Assembly: GCA_963812015.1 (NCBI GenBank)
Contig: CAWETI010000003.1
Span: forward strand, 640,001 to 704,000
Length of the DNA: 64,000 nucleotides
Source of the DNA: an uncultured delta proteobacterium
GTDB lineage: Bacteria; Desulfobacterota; Desulfobaccia; Desulfobaccales; 0-14-0-80-60-11
Direction: 5' to 3'
In this document: piece after piece, positions 1 to 9,068 of the stretch
Numbering within the stretch: the first letter of the stretch is position 1
Layout: each line of letters opens with the position of its first letter
Made by a program: the position numbers and the translations under genes
Notes under the pieces: model-generated
Database searches by the model: none
The model's input: only the letters and a program-made list of their open reading frames with translations
What the model was told of the DNA's origin: nothing

Positions 1-1
1 C

Positions 2-499
2 ATGGTGATCCTGGGGTATTCCCTCACCAAGCGGTTTACCAGTGCCTCCCACCTCATTCTGGGGTTGAGCCTGGGACTGGCCCCGGTGGGGGGGTGGCTG
101 GCGGTCCGGGGCGACCTGAGTCTGGAGGTCCTGGTCCTGGCCGGGGCGGTGCTCTTTTGGGTAGCGGGTTTCGATGTCCTCTATGCCCTGCAGGACGAGG
201 AGTTCGACCGGCGGGCGGGGCTTTTTTCCCTGCCGGCCCGGGTCGGGCCGACCTGGGCCCGACGGTTGGCGGCTCTCTGCCACCTGGCGGCAGCCCTGGG
301 TTTTGCCGTCACCGGCCGGCTGGCCGAGTTGGGCCCTCTCTATGCCGGGGCCGTAATAGCAAGTTCTTTGATCCTGCTCGTGCAACACCTGATGTTAGCC
401 GCCCGGGAGCCGCGAAGCCTGCCTCCCGCCTTCTTTACCCTCAACGGCCTGGTGGGCCTTGGCCTGGGCCTGGCCACCTGGATCAGTCTGGCGGTCTGA
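2..499 (+). CDS. UbiA-family prenyltransferase (4-hydroxybenzoate octaprenyltransferase/MqnP-like), 5'-truncated by window edge
   Basis: Hydrophobic protein with YSLTKRF, WVAGFDVLYALQDEEFDR..GL.S.P and FF.LNG motifs typical of UbiA/MqnP. Confidence 0.85.
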   Translation: MVILGYSLTKRFTSASHLILGLSLGLAPVGGWLAVRGDLSLEVLVLAGAVLFWVAGFDVLYALQDEEFDRRAGLFSLPARVGPTWARRLAALCHLAAALGFAVTGRLAELGPLYAGAVIASSLILLVQHLMLAAREPRSLPPAFFTLNGLVGLGLGLATWISLAV

Positions 500-536
500 A
501 CTTGGATTTTTTTTCAGCATCTTCAAGATTTTATCC

Positions 537-566
537 TTGACAAAGATTTTTCTTGCAACTTATAAT
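537..566 (+). promoter_or_regulatory. sigma70-type promoter upstream of the outer-membrane protein pair
   Basis: TTGACA (537-542), 18-nt spacer, TATAAT (561-566): exact consensus hexamers. Confidence 0.75.
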
Positions 567-694
567 GGAGTCGCCCTCAATGGGGTGAAGAGGAAAGGTC
601 TTGAATAGTGAGGAAGCAGGGGAATAGGTAAAAGAAACTTCGTCCGAATTCAAGATCACAAAATGTGTTTAAAAAATTAAGGGGGGGACCAAAC

Positions 695-1426
695 ATGAAG
701 AAAAAGACGTACTTATTGGGGATGGCGGTGTTGGTGGCTGGCCTGCTGGCTCTGTCAGGGGTGGCCCAGTCCGCCATGTGGGCCGGCGTTGAACTTGGGG
801 GTAATTTTGTGCCGAGTACAAAATTGTCAGTCGCCGGGATTGATGTCAACAACACTAGTTTTCATCCGGCAGTGATCGGCGGGGGCACCCTCGGTTACGA
901 TTTCGTCAATGCCGGCTTTGGGGGTTATGCCTGGCCTGACTGGATGAAATATTTCAGTGTGGCCACGGATTTTACCTACAACCGCCTCAACATGTCGTCT
1001 CTCGGCAATATTGCTGGGGGGTCCAGGGAAAATGGCTATGTAGCGGCATGGACTTTCCTGCTCATGGCCCATTATGGCTTCCTGCCTGACTCCGAGGTTC
1101 CCAGTGGCCGGATCAATCCTTACATCGGGGTGGGGCCGGCCATCGTGTTTTCCGGCATAAATTTCTCGTTACCTGTCCCTTATAGCGCGCTTCCCCAGGC
1201 CAAGTACCTCGGCGTCGGCATTAACTCAAGGTTTGGCACTTCTGCCACGAACGTGGCCCTGGTCGTCGAGCCCGGCATCCGGTGGGTGTGCCTGAAGAAC
1301 GTCTCCATCGACACCGCCTTCCGGTGGCGCTATTGCGTACCTGCATACGACTTCGACAACGCGACGGTGAAGGTTAATCCGCTGAACCAGCTCAGCTTCC
1401 TGGTGCGGGCTAACTACCACTTCTAA
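695..1426 (+). CDS. Outer-membrane beta-barrel protein (OmpA/Opa-like 8-strand family), paralog 1
   Basis: Signal peptide MKKKTYLLG..AQS, NPYIGVGPA strand motif, C-terminal RANYHF BAM signal; ATG at 695 after G-rich RBS. Confidence 0.8.
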   Translation: MKKKTYLLGMAVLVAGLLALSGVAQSAMWAGVELGGNFVPSTKLSVAGIDVNNTSFHPAVIGGGTLGYDFVNAGFGGYAWPDWMKYFSVATDFTYNRLNMSSLGNIAGGSRENGYVAAWTFLLMAHYGFLPDSEVPSGRINPYIGVGPAIVFSGINFSLPVPYSALPQAKYLGVGINSRFGTSATNVALVVEPGIRWVCLKNVSIDTAFRWRYCVPAYDFDNATVKVNPLNQLSFLVRANYHF

Positions 1427-1532
1427 CCCCGGGGAGTCTTACTTTCACTGGGGAACAAGAGGGGTCTTGAATAGGCACGTTGACTTATCCAAGACCCTTC
1501 TTGCTATTTAGGATAAAAAGGGGGGGCAACCA

Positions 1533-2255
1533 TTGAAGAAAAAGACATGTTTGTTGGGTATGGCAGTGCTGCTGGCCGCCTTGCTGGCGTTGCCCGGGGT
1601 GGGCCAGTCTGCCATGTGGGTCGGCGCTGAACTCGGGGGTACTTTCCAGCCGAATACAAACTTTACGGTCAACGGAGTAAACTCGGGTGCCGGCCAGGTA
1701 ATGCCGTCGGTGATTGGTGGCATGACCCTGGGCTACGATTTCGTCAATGCCGGCTTTGGGGCTTATGCCTGGCCTGACTGGATGAAATATTTCAGTGTGG
1801 CCACGGACGTAACCTACAACCGGCTGATGGTTCAGGACGGTGGCCCTGGAATCGGGGCAATATTGCCTCCTAACGCCAGAATGAATGGTTATGAAGTGGC
1901 CTGGACTTTCCTGTTCATGGCCCATTATGGCTTCCTGCCTGACAACGAAGTGCCGTCGGGCCGGATTAATCCGTATATCGGCGTCGGACCTGCCATAGTG
2001 TGGAGCGGCGCCGACTTCGCGCTCCCGGTCAACTCGGTTACTAAGAATACCAACTCCAGGTTTAACGGTTCTTCCACGAACGTCGCCCTGGTCGTGGAGC
2101 CCGGCATCCGGTGGGTGGCCTTGAAGAACGTTTCCATCGATACCGCCTTGCGGTGGCGCTATTCCGAGCCTTCTTGGAATGCCGACGGCGTGACGATCAA
2201 GGCTGATCCGCTGAGCCAGTGGGCCGTCTTGATCCGGGCCAACTACCACTTCTAA
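1533..2255 (+). CDS. Outer-membrane beta-barrel protein, paralog 2
   Basis: TTG start after G-rich RBS; colinear with 695-1426; same C-terminal RANYHF. Confidence 0.8.
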   Translation: MKKKTCLLGMAVLLAALLALPGVGQSAMWVGAELGGTFQPNTNFTVNGVNSGAGQVMPSVIGGMTLGYDFVNAGFGAYAWPDWMKYFSVATDVTYNRLMVQDGGPGIGAILPPNARMNGYEVAWTFLFMAHYGFLPDNEVPSGRINPYIGVGPAIVWSGADFALPVNSVTKNTNSRFNGSSTNVALVVEPGIRWVALKNVSIDTALRWRYSEPSWNADGVTIKADPLSQWAVLIRANYHF

Positions 2256-2280
2256 GTCTTCACCCCTTGAATACAAAACC

Positions 2281-2306
2281 GGCGGCCTTCGGGCCGCCTT
2301 TTTTTT
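2281..2306 (+). terminator. Rho-independent terminator
   Basis: GGCGGCC-TTCG-GGCCGCC hairpin followed by a T8 tract. Confidence 0.9.
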
Positions 2307-2450
2307 GTTTTATCCGGCCAGTTCTCCCGGAGCCATCCCGGTAAGTTAACAACAGCCTTGTCGAGCCCGGTCCAAAGATGATATGGTGAGGCGGGCTGCC
2401 TTGCGGTGCAGCTCCAGATCGTGGCCAACAAGGATTTTTCCTTCATCCTG

Positions 2451-3314
2451 ATGTTTTTCCAGCAATTAATCAACGGCCTGACCACCGGTAGCGTTTATGC
2501 CCTCATCGCCCTGGGCTACACCATGATCTATGGTATTTTGGGGCTGATCAATTTTGCCCAGGGAGAAATCTACATGTGCGGCGCCTTTGTGGCGGTGCTG
2601 CTCCTGGCCACCGGGGAAGTCAATTTCTTCCTGGCCTTTGCCCTGGGGATGGCGGGGGCCGCCCTCCTGGGCATGATCTTGGAGAGGGTGGCCTTCCGGC
2701 CCTTGCGGGGTTTCCATCCCCTGGTGCCCCTGATTAGCGCCATCGGCGCCTCCATCTTTCTCCAGAGCCTGGCCCTGCTTTGGTTCGGTCCCAACGACCG
2801 GCCCTTCCCCATCCAATTCACCTTCAGCACCATCAAGATCGCCGGCCTGCCGGTGTCCACCCTGCAGATAGCCATCCTGGCCACGGCTTTGGGATTCATG
2901 GGCTTGCTGGTGATCTTCGTGCGCTACACCACCTACGGCAAGGCCATCGTGGCCTGCGCCCTGGACCGGGATACGGCCCGGCTCATGGGCATTAACGTGG
3001 ACCGGATGGTCTCCCTGACGTTCCTGTTGGGTTCCGCCCTGAGCGGCGCCGCCGGCATCATGATGGCCATCTATTACAACGCCACCTACCCCCGGATGGG
3101 GCTGCTACCGGGCCTCAAGGCCTTCAGCGCCGCCATCCTGGGCGGGGTGGGCAACATTCCGGGTGCCATCCTGGGGGGCCTCCTCCTGGGAGTGGCAGAG
3201 AGTCTGGGGGCGGCCTACATCTCCTCCGGGTTCAAGGATGCCATCGCCTTTGCCATCCTCATCCTGGTGCTTCTCATCCGGCCCCAGGGCATCTTGAGAG
3301 GGCGGGGGGACTGA
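2451..3314 (+). CDS. livH: Branched-chain amino acid-type ABC transporter permease
   Basis: QQLINGL..GS.YALIALGYTMIYG...LINFAQGE, GLKAF.AAILGG.G motifs. Confidence 0.92.
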   Translation: MFFQQLINGLTTGSVYALIALGYTMIYGILGLINFAQGEIYMCGAFVAVLLLATGEVNFFLAFALGMAGAALLGMILERVAFRPLRGFHPLVPLISAIGASIFLQSLALLWFGPNDRPFPIQFTFSTIKIAGLPVSTLQIAILATALGFMGLLVIFVRYTTYGKAIVACALDRDTARLMGINVDRMVSLTFLLGSALSGAAGIMMAIYYNATYPRMGLLPGLKAFSAAILGGVGNIPGAILGGLLLGVAESLGAAYISSGFKDAIAFAILILVLLIRPQGILRGRGD

Positions 3315-3315
3315 G

Positions 3316-4188
3316 ATGGCCGCCTATGTATTGCATCTGGGCATCCTGGCCGGCATCTACATCATCCTGGCCCTCAGCCTCAACCTGATCATCGGCTATG
3401 CCGGGCAGGTTTCCCTGGGCCATGCCGCCTTCTACGGCATCGGGGCGTACGCCTCGGCCCTGGTGTCGTTACACTGGCACTTCCCATTTCCCGGTGCAGC
3501 CCTGGCGGCCATGCTAGTGGCCGGTTTATGCGGCTTCGCCCTGGGGCTGCCGACCCTGAGGCTCAAAGAGGATTACCTGGCCATCGTCACCCTGGGCTTC
3601 GGGGTGATCGTGGACCTGGTCTTCCTCAACCTGGAAATTACCGGGGGACCTGACGGCCTACCGGGCATCCCGTCTCCCAGCTTTTTGGGGATAAACTTCC
3701 GGGAGCCCTGGCACTACCTGATTCTGGTCATGGTTGCCATCATCCTGGTCCTGGGGGCCACTTACCGCCTGGTGGACTCCTACCATGGCCGGGCGCTCCG
3801 GGCCATCCGGGACCACGAGATCACCGCCCAGGTCATGGGGATCAACACTCCGGCGTATAAAATCGTCATTTTCACCCTGGCCGCGGCCCTGGCCGGCCTG
3901 GCCGGGTCCCTCTACGCCCACTACATCACTTTTATCAATCCTGAGACGTTTGGCCTCCATACCTCCATCCTCATCCTGGCCATGGTGGTGCTGGGGGGGA
4001 TGGGGTCCATTGGGGGCTCGGTGCTGGGGGCGGTGATCCTGACGATCCTCCCTGAGCTGCTGCGGCAGACCCACGGTTATCAGGACCTGATCTACGGCGG
4101 GCTCCTGGTGGGCCTGCTCATCCTGCGGCCTGAGGGGATCCTGGGCCGGGGCAAATTGAGCTTGAAGTTCTTGAAGCGGGAGAGCTAA
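3316..4188 (+). CDS. livM: Branched-chain amino acid-type ABC transporter permease
   Basis: LNLIIGYAGQVSLGHAAFYGIGAY, LRLKEDYLAIVTLGF, MVVLGGMGS motifs. Confidence 0.92.
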   Translation: MAAYVLHLGILAGIYIILALSLNLIIGYAGQVSLGHAAFYGIGAYASALVSLHWHFPFPGAALAAMLVAGLCGFALGLPTLRLKEDYLAIVTLGFGVIVDLVFLNLEITGGPDGLPGIPSPSFLGINFREPWHYLILVMVAIILVLGATYRLVDSYHGRALRAIRDHEITAQVMGINTPAYKIVIFTLAAALAGLAGSLYAHYITFINPETFGLHTSILILAMVVLGGMGSIGGSVLGAVILTILPELLRQTHGYQDLIYGGLLVGLLILRPEGILGRGKLSLKFLKRES

Positions 4189-4192
4189 AAAT

Positions 4193-4352
4193 GGTTTTCG
4201 GTTTTCGGTTTTCTGTTGAAATGCCAAAAGCGGAAAGATGTTTTCTACCCAGAAAATACGGGATAGTTAATGATTCATAGGGAATTTGCAATAGTGCAAA
4301 TCATTCTGATGGCATCAAATCACCGAAAACAGAAAACCGAAAACAGAAAACC
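4193..4352. repeat. Inverted pair of heptamer tandem arrays
   Basis: (GGTTTTC)x3 at 4193-4213 facing (GAAAACM)x4 at 4325-4352 around an AT-rich spacer. Confidence 0.75.
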
Positions 4353-4361
4353 TTCTTCACC

Positions 4362-5087
4362 ATGCTGACTTTAAAAAGCGTTCAGGCCGGGTATGGCCGA
4401 CTGCCGGTGCTCAAGGGCATCTCTCTGCACGTGCGGGTCGGAGAGGTGGTGACCCTCATCGGCGGCAACGGCGCCGGCAAAACCACCACCCTGCGCGCCA
4501 TTTCCGGGTTGCTGCCGCCCCGGAAGGGGGCCATTGAGTTCGCCGGCCAGGACCTCACCCGGATGCCGCCGGAGCGCATCGTCACCCTGGGCCTGGCCCT
4601 GGTGCCGGAAGGCCGCCGGGTCTTCCGTACCTTGAGCGTCACCGCCAATCTGGAACTGGGGGCCTTTCACCGCCGGGACAAGGGCGAGGTGCGCCGGGAC
4701 CTGGAGGAAATTCGCGAGCGTTTTCCCATCCTCAAGGAGCGGGCCCACCAGGCCGCGGGGACCTTGAGCGGCGGCGAGCAGCAGATCCTGGCCATCGGCC
4801 GGGCCCTGATGGCCCGCCCCCGGCTCTTGATGCTGGACGAGCCTTCCATGGGACTGGCCCCCCGGATGGTCACCCAGGTCTATGCTATCCTGGCGGAACT
4901 TAAGGCGGCGGGCACCACCCTCCTCCTGGTGGAACAGAACGCCCGGGCGGCCTTAAAGGTGGCCGACCGGGGCTACGTGCTGGAGACCGGCCGCATCATT
5001 CTGGACGGCTCCGCCGCGGATTTGCGCGACGACCCGGAAGTTCAACGGGCTTATTTAGGCAAGGGTTATCAAGAAGTATGGGAATAA
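4362..5087 (+). CDS. livF: ABC transporter ATP-binding protein
   Basis: GGNGAGKTT Walker A, LVPEGRRVF, LSGGEQQ signature, LDEPSMGLAP. Confidence 0.93.
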   Translation: MLTLKSVQAGYGRLPVLKGISLHVRVGEVVTLIGGNGAGKTTTLRAISGLLPPRKGAIEFAGQDLTRMPPERIVTLGLALVPEGRRVFRTLSVTANLELGAFHRRDKGEVRRDLEEIRERFPILKERAHQAAGTLSGGEQQILAIGRALMARPRLLMLDEPSMGLAPRMVTQVYAILAELKAAGTTLLLVEQNARAALKVADRGYVLETGRIILDGSAADLRDDPEVQRAYLGKGYQEVWE

Positions 5088-5091
5088 AAGC

Positions 5092-5258
5092 AAGGGAAAA
5101 AGGGGAAAAGGCGAAAAGGGGAAAAGGGGTAAGAACATTGGTGCGTCTTTCCCCTGGCCCCCAAGCCAAGCTTGGGGACGAGAACAAAGGTGGAAATATG
5201 GTTGCACTGATTCTTTATCTCTTACCTTTTCGCCTTTTACCCTTTTCCCCTTTTCACC
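5092..5258. repeat. Inverted pair of octamer tandem arrays
   Basis: (GAAAAGGS)n at ~5092-5130 facing (CCTTTTNN)x4 at 5225-5256. Confidence 0.7.
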
Positions 5259-5271
5259 CCAGGTTTTGACC

Positions 5272-6030
5272 ATGCTTGATGTCGACGGCTTGAGTAAATC
5301 CTTCGGGGGCGTCCAGGCCCTGACCGACGTTTCCTTTACGGTGGCCGCGGGGGAGATCGTCGCTTTGATCGGCCCCAACGGCGCCGGCAAGACCACCTGC
5401 TTCAACCTCATTAGCGGGCTGTTGCCTCCCAGCGCCGGGGGGGTCAGCCTGGCCGGCCAGGATATGGCGGGCCTGCCCCCTTACCGCCGGGCCCGCCTGG
5501 GTCTGGCACGCACCTTCCAGAACATCCAGCTTTTCGGGGGCATGACGGTACTGGAAAACGTGCTTACGGGTTTTCATCTCCATCAGCAAGTGGGGACGCT
5601 CTCGGCCCTCCTGCCCCTGCCGGCGGTGAGACGAGCTAAGGCCGATAACCGCAGCCGGGCCCTGGAGCTCCTGGAACTGGTGAGGTTGGGGGGCAAGGCG
5701 GACGAGCCCGCCGAGGCCCTGGCCTACGGCGACCAGCGGCGCCTGGAAATCGCCCGGGCCCTGGCCCAACAACCGCAGCTCCTGCTCATGGACGAGCCCG
5801 CCGCCGGCCTCAACCCCCGGGAGACCGAGGAACTCATGGCCTTGATGGAGAAACTCCAGTCTTTGGGCATTACCCTGCTGGTCATCGAACACGACATGAC
5901 CCTGGTCATGGGCCTGTGCCACCGGATCGTGGTCCTGGACCACGGCCAGGTCATCGCCGCGGGCGCCCCCCGGGAAATCCGCCGGGACCCCCGGGTCATC
6001 GAGGCTTATTTAGGCCGGGAAGAAGAATAG
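5272..6030 (+). CDS. livG: ABC transporter ATP-binding protein
   Basis: GPNGAGKTT, ARTFQNIQLF, L.YGDQRRLEIARALA, DEPAAGLN, IEHDM; start may be TTG 5266 or ATG 5272. Confidence 0.93.
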   Translation: MLDVDGLSKSFGGVQALTDVSFTVAAGEIVALIGPNGAGKTTCFNLISGLLPPSAGGVSLAGQDMAGLPPYRRARLGLARTFQNIQLFGGMTVLENVLTGFHLHQQVGTLSALLPLPAVRRAKADNRSRALELLELVRLGGKADEPAEALAYGDQRRLEIARALAQQPQLLLMDEPAAGLNPRETEELMALMEKLQSLGITLLVIEHDMTLVMGLCHRIVVLDHGQVIAAGAPREIRRDPRVIEAYLGREEE

Positions 6031-6123
6031 GAATTTTGGGGGAGAGGGCAAAGGGCGTGGGCCCTTTCCCCCTCCCCCAAACCCCCATCCCCAATCCCTT
6101 ACAGGGGGGGTGGGAGGGGAGCT

Positions 6124-6151
6124 GTAGGGGCGGTTCGCGAACCGCCCCTAC
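6124..6151. repeat. GTAG-type REP palindrome
   Basis: GTAGGGGCGGTTCGCGAACCGCCCCTAC perfect palindrome; identical copy at 59286-59313. Confidence 0.85.
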
Positions 6152-6190
6152 GTTCCGGTCCTCCCCTTAAAAAAGCCCAAGGAGAAGGCA

Positions 6191-7504
6191 ATGGGAATCT
6201 TCGACCAAGATGCGGAGCAGATGGGACGGGAGGAGTTGGCCCAGATGCAGTTGGAGCGGCTCCAGGCCACCCTCACCCGGGTCTACAAGAACGTCAAATT
6301 CTACAAAAAGAAGTTCGACGAGATCGGCTTCCTTCACGAAGACTGCCAATCCCTGGAAGACCTGGGGCGCCTGCCCTTCACCACCCGGCACGACCTGGCC
6401 CAGGCCTACCCTTACGAGATGTTTGCGGTGCCGCTCCGGGAGGTGGTGCGCATCCACTCCTCCACCGGCAGCCCCGGCAACCCCATCGTCATGGGCTACA
6501 CCAGCCGGGACCTGCGCCATTGGGCCAAGTTGAGTGCCCGCATCCTCACCGCCGCCGGGGTGGACCGGGACGACGTCGTCCAGGTGACCTTGAGCTACAG
6601 CCTCTTAACCAGCGCCTTCGGCATCCACTACGGGGTGGAACTTCTGGGGGCCTCGGTGATCCCCAGCGGCCCCGGTTTCACCAATCGCCAGATCCAGGTG
6701 ATGCGGGACTACCGCACCACCGTCCTGGTCTCCACCCCGTCCTACGCCCTGGTGCTGGCCGACGAGATGGAGGCCCAGGGAGTGGACCCCAAGAACCTCC
6801 ACCTCAAGCTGGCGCTTTTGGCCGGGGAGCCCTGGACCGAGGCGATGCGGACCGAAATTCAGAACCGTCTTTATACCACCGCCCTGGATCACTACGCCCT
6901 GTCGGAAGCCATGGGGCCGGGGGTGGCGGGGGAGTGCGCGGCGCTGCCCGGGGTGGGGATGCACGTCAGTGAGGACCACTTTCTGCCCCAGGTCATCGAC
7001 CCGGCCACGGGGAAGCTCCTCCCCCCGGGAAAACTGGGGGAGTTGGTCATCACCACCCTGACTCGGGAGGCCACCCCGTTGGTGCGTTTCCGCACCGGGG
7101 ACCTGGTGCGCCTCTCCTATGAGCCCTGCCCCTGCGGTCGGACCCTGGCCCGGATGAGCCGCATCGAAGGCCGGTGCGATGAGGTGGTCATCGTCAAGGG
7201 CACCAACATCTTTCCCAACCGGGTGGGGCAGGTATTGGCCGCCATCCAGGGGGAGGAGCCGGCTTATCAATTAGTGGTGGGCCGGGAGGGGCATCTGGAC
7301 TACCTGGAGGTGAGGATCGAGGTCAGGGAGGAGTTGTTCTTCGACAAGATGACCAGGCAAAGGGAGATGTTGCAGGAGATCGCCCACAAGCTGGCCCAGG
7401 GCATCGGCGTCCAGCCGCGGGTAAAACTGGTGGAACCGGGGTCCCTCAACCGGGAGGCCGAGACCTCGCCCTTGGTGATTGATTTACGCCAGGGAGTTTG
7501 TTAG
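6191..7504 (+). CDS. paaK: Phenylacetate-CoA ligase family protein (divergent motifs)
   Basis: LPFTT..DL...YPY..FAVP..EVVRIHSS, GEPW.E, LSE.MGPGVA.EC, RTGD, C.CGRT. Confidence 0.85.
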   Translation: MGIFDQDAEQMGREELAQMQLERLQATLTRVYKNVKFYKKKFDEIGFLHEDCQSLEDLGRLPFTTRHDLAQAYPYEMFAVPLREVVRIHSSTGSPGNPIVMGYTSRDLRHWAKLSARILTAAGVDRDDVVQVTLSYSLLTSAFGIHYGVELLGASVIPSGPGFTNRQIQVMRDYRTTVLVSTPSYALVLADEMEAQGVDPKNLHLKLALLAGEPWTEAMRTEIQNRLYTTALDHYALSEAMGPGVAGECAALPGVGMHVSEDHFLPQVIDPATGKLLPPGKLGELVITTLTREATPLVRFRTGDLVRLSYEPCPCGRTLARMSRIEGRCDEVVIVKGTNIFPNRVGQVLAAIQGEEPAYQLVVGREGHLDYLEVRIEVREELFFDKMTRQREMLQEIAHKLAQGIGVQPRVKLVEPGSLNREAETSPLVIDLRQGVC

Positions 7505-7561
7505 CATGTGATACTGGTCATTATTTCCGAACTATCAATAACCTCAGGAGGAGGAAGGGAT

Positions 7562-9016
7562 ATGGCTCCGGGACCAAATGACATCCGTTACGTCTGTCTC
7601 TCGGATATGCATCTGGGGGCTGAAGGCAGCCTGTTGACCAACATGCCTCCGGGAGGTACACAGGCTGATCCCCTGAATGCGAGTCCGGTCTTGCAAGATT
7701 TGGTGTATTGCCTGAGAGACTTGATTTTGCGCAACGATCCTCAGGCCCCCAAGCCCACCTTGATCCTGCTGGGAGATATTCTGGAGCTGGCCCTGGCTAA
7801 TGACAACGTGGCGGCCATGGTCTTTGAACGTTTTCTGGAAAAAGCCATGGAGCCGGGCTACGAACTTTTTGGTAAGATTATCTATATACCCGGCAACCAC
7901 GACCACCACCTGTGGGAGAGCGCCCGGGAGACCCAGTATGTCTTGAATTACCTGGCAAAAACCAATCCGGGACAACTTCTCGACATTCCTTGGCACTCCA
8001 CCAATATTTTCATGGAGAGTGATCCCAATCCGGTGCCTTCCTTTTTCTTGAACGGGCTGTTGCATCGCTATGACCATCTAGAACAATTTAATATTAATAC
8101 TGCTTACCCTAATTTTGGCCTGATGAAAGGCACTCGGTGTGTTCTTTTCCATCACGGACACTTCATCGAGTCCATCTATCAGCTTATGATCATTCTAAAA
8201 AACTTGATATTTCCCAAGCTGGAAGAGGTGCATCGCAAGGTTTGGGACATGGAGTCGGAAAACTTCGCCTGGATCGATTTCTTCTGGTCCACTCTGGGGC
8301 GTTCAGGTGAAGTGGGTAAAGATGTAGAGATCATCTATGATAAGATGCAGGACGAGGACCAATTCCGGAAGTTGCTCAACACGTTGGCCGACAGCCTCGC
8401 GGAGAAGTACAATATCACGGGCTTGGGCGACTGGATGGCCTCTCAGGTATCCAGGTTAATCATCAATGCCCTGGTGGACAAGCTGGTCAATCCCGAACGG
8501 ACCCAGGCAGGGGAGACCGATCAGCCCTTGAGCCCGGACGCCGATCAGGGTCTGCAGGACTATGTAAACTGGCCCCTCAAAACCCAACTTGAGGCGGAAT
8601 GCATCGATCGACACGGGTATACTCCCCGGGAGGTCACCTTCGTGTTCGGCCATACCCATAAGCCCTTCGAGGAGGTCCGAAACTTTGGTGCTTACCTGGG
8701 GGATGGCGTGCCGGTCTATAATACCGGGGGCTGGGTGGTGGAGACGGAGGACCCGGCTTCCCTGCATGGCGGCGCCGCGGTGCTGCTCAATGATAACCTT
8801 GATGTCGTCTCCCTGCGTCTGTACAACGAGGCCCACGGTCCGGTCAATGTCGAGGTCCATGAAGTTCTTCCCCCTGGCCAGGGCCATAGCGATTTCTTCA
8901 ATCACTTAGACGGGCTGGTTCAATCCGACCAGCCTCCCTGGAGCAAGTTTTCCCAGACGGTGGCCGAGGAAGTGGGCATCCGGGAAGAGAATCTCAAGGC
9001 CAAGATTGCCTCTTAG
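7562..9016 (+). CDS. Calcineurin-like metallophosphoesterase
   Basis: SDMHLG, LLGDILE, PGNHDHH, FHHGH, FGHTH motifs; ATG 7562 after GGAGG. Confidence 0.8.
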   Translation: MAPGPNDIRYVCLSDMHLGAEGSLLTNMPPGGTQADPLNASPVLQDLVYCLRDLILRNDPQAPKPTLILLGDILELALANDNVAAMVFERFLEKAMEPGYELFGKIIYIPGNHDHHLWESARETQYVLNYLAKTNPGQLLDIPWHSTNIFMESDPNPVPSFFLNGLLHRYDHLEQFNINTAYPNFGLMKGTRCVLFHHGHFIESIYQLMIILKNLIFPKLEEVHRKVWDMESENFAWIDFFWSTLGRSGEVGKDVEIIYDKMQDEDQFRKLLNTLADSLAEKYNITGLGDWMASQVSRLIINALVDKLVNPERTQAGETDQPLSPDADQGLQDYVNWPLKTQLEAECIDRHGYTPREVTFVFGHTHKPFEEVRNFGAYLGDGVPVYNTGGWVVETEDPASLHGGAAVLLNDNLDVVSLRLYNEAHGPVNVEVHEVLPPGQGHSDFFNHLDGLVQSDQPPWSKFSQTVAEEVGIREENLKAKIAS

Positions 9017-9068
9017 GGTTTCATGGGAATCTATTGGTAACCAATAGATTTGTTGCCTGGGATAGATA

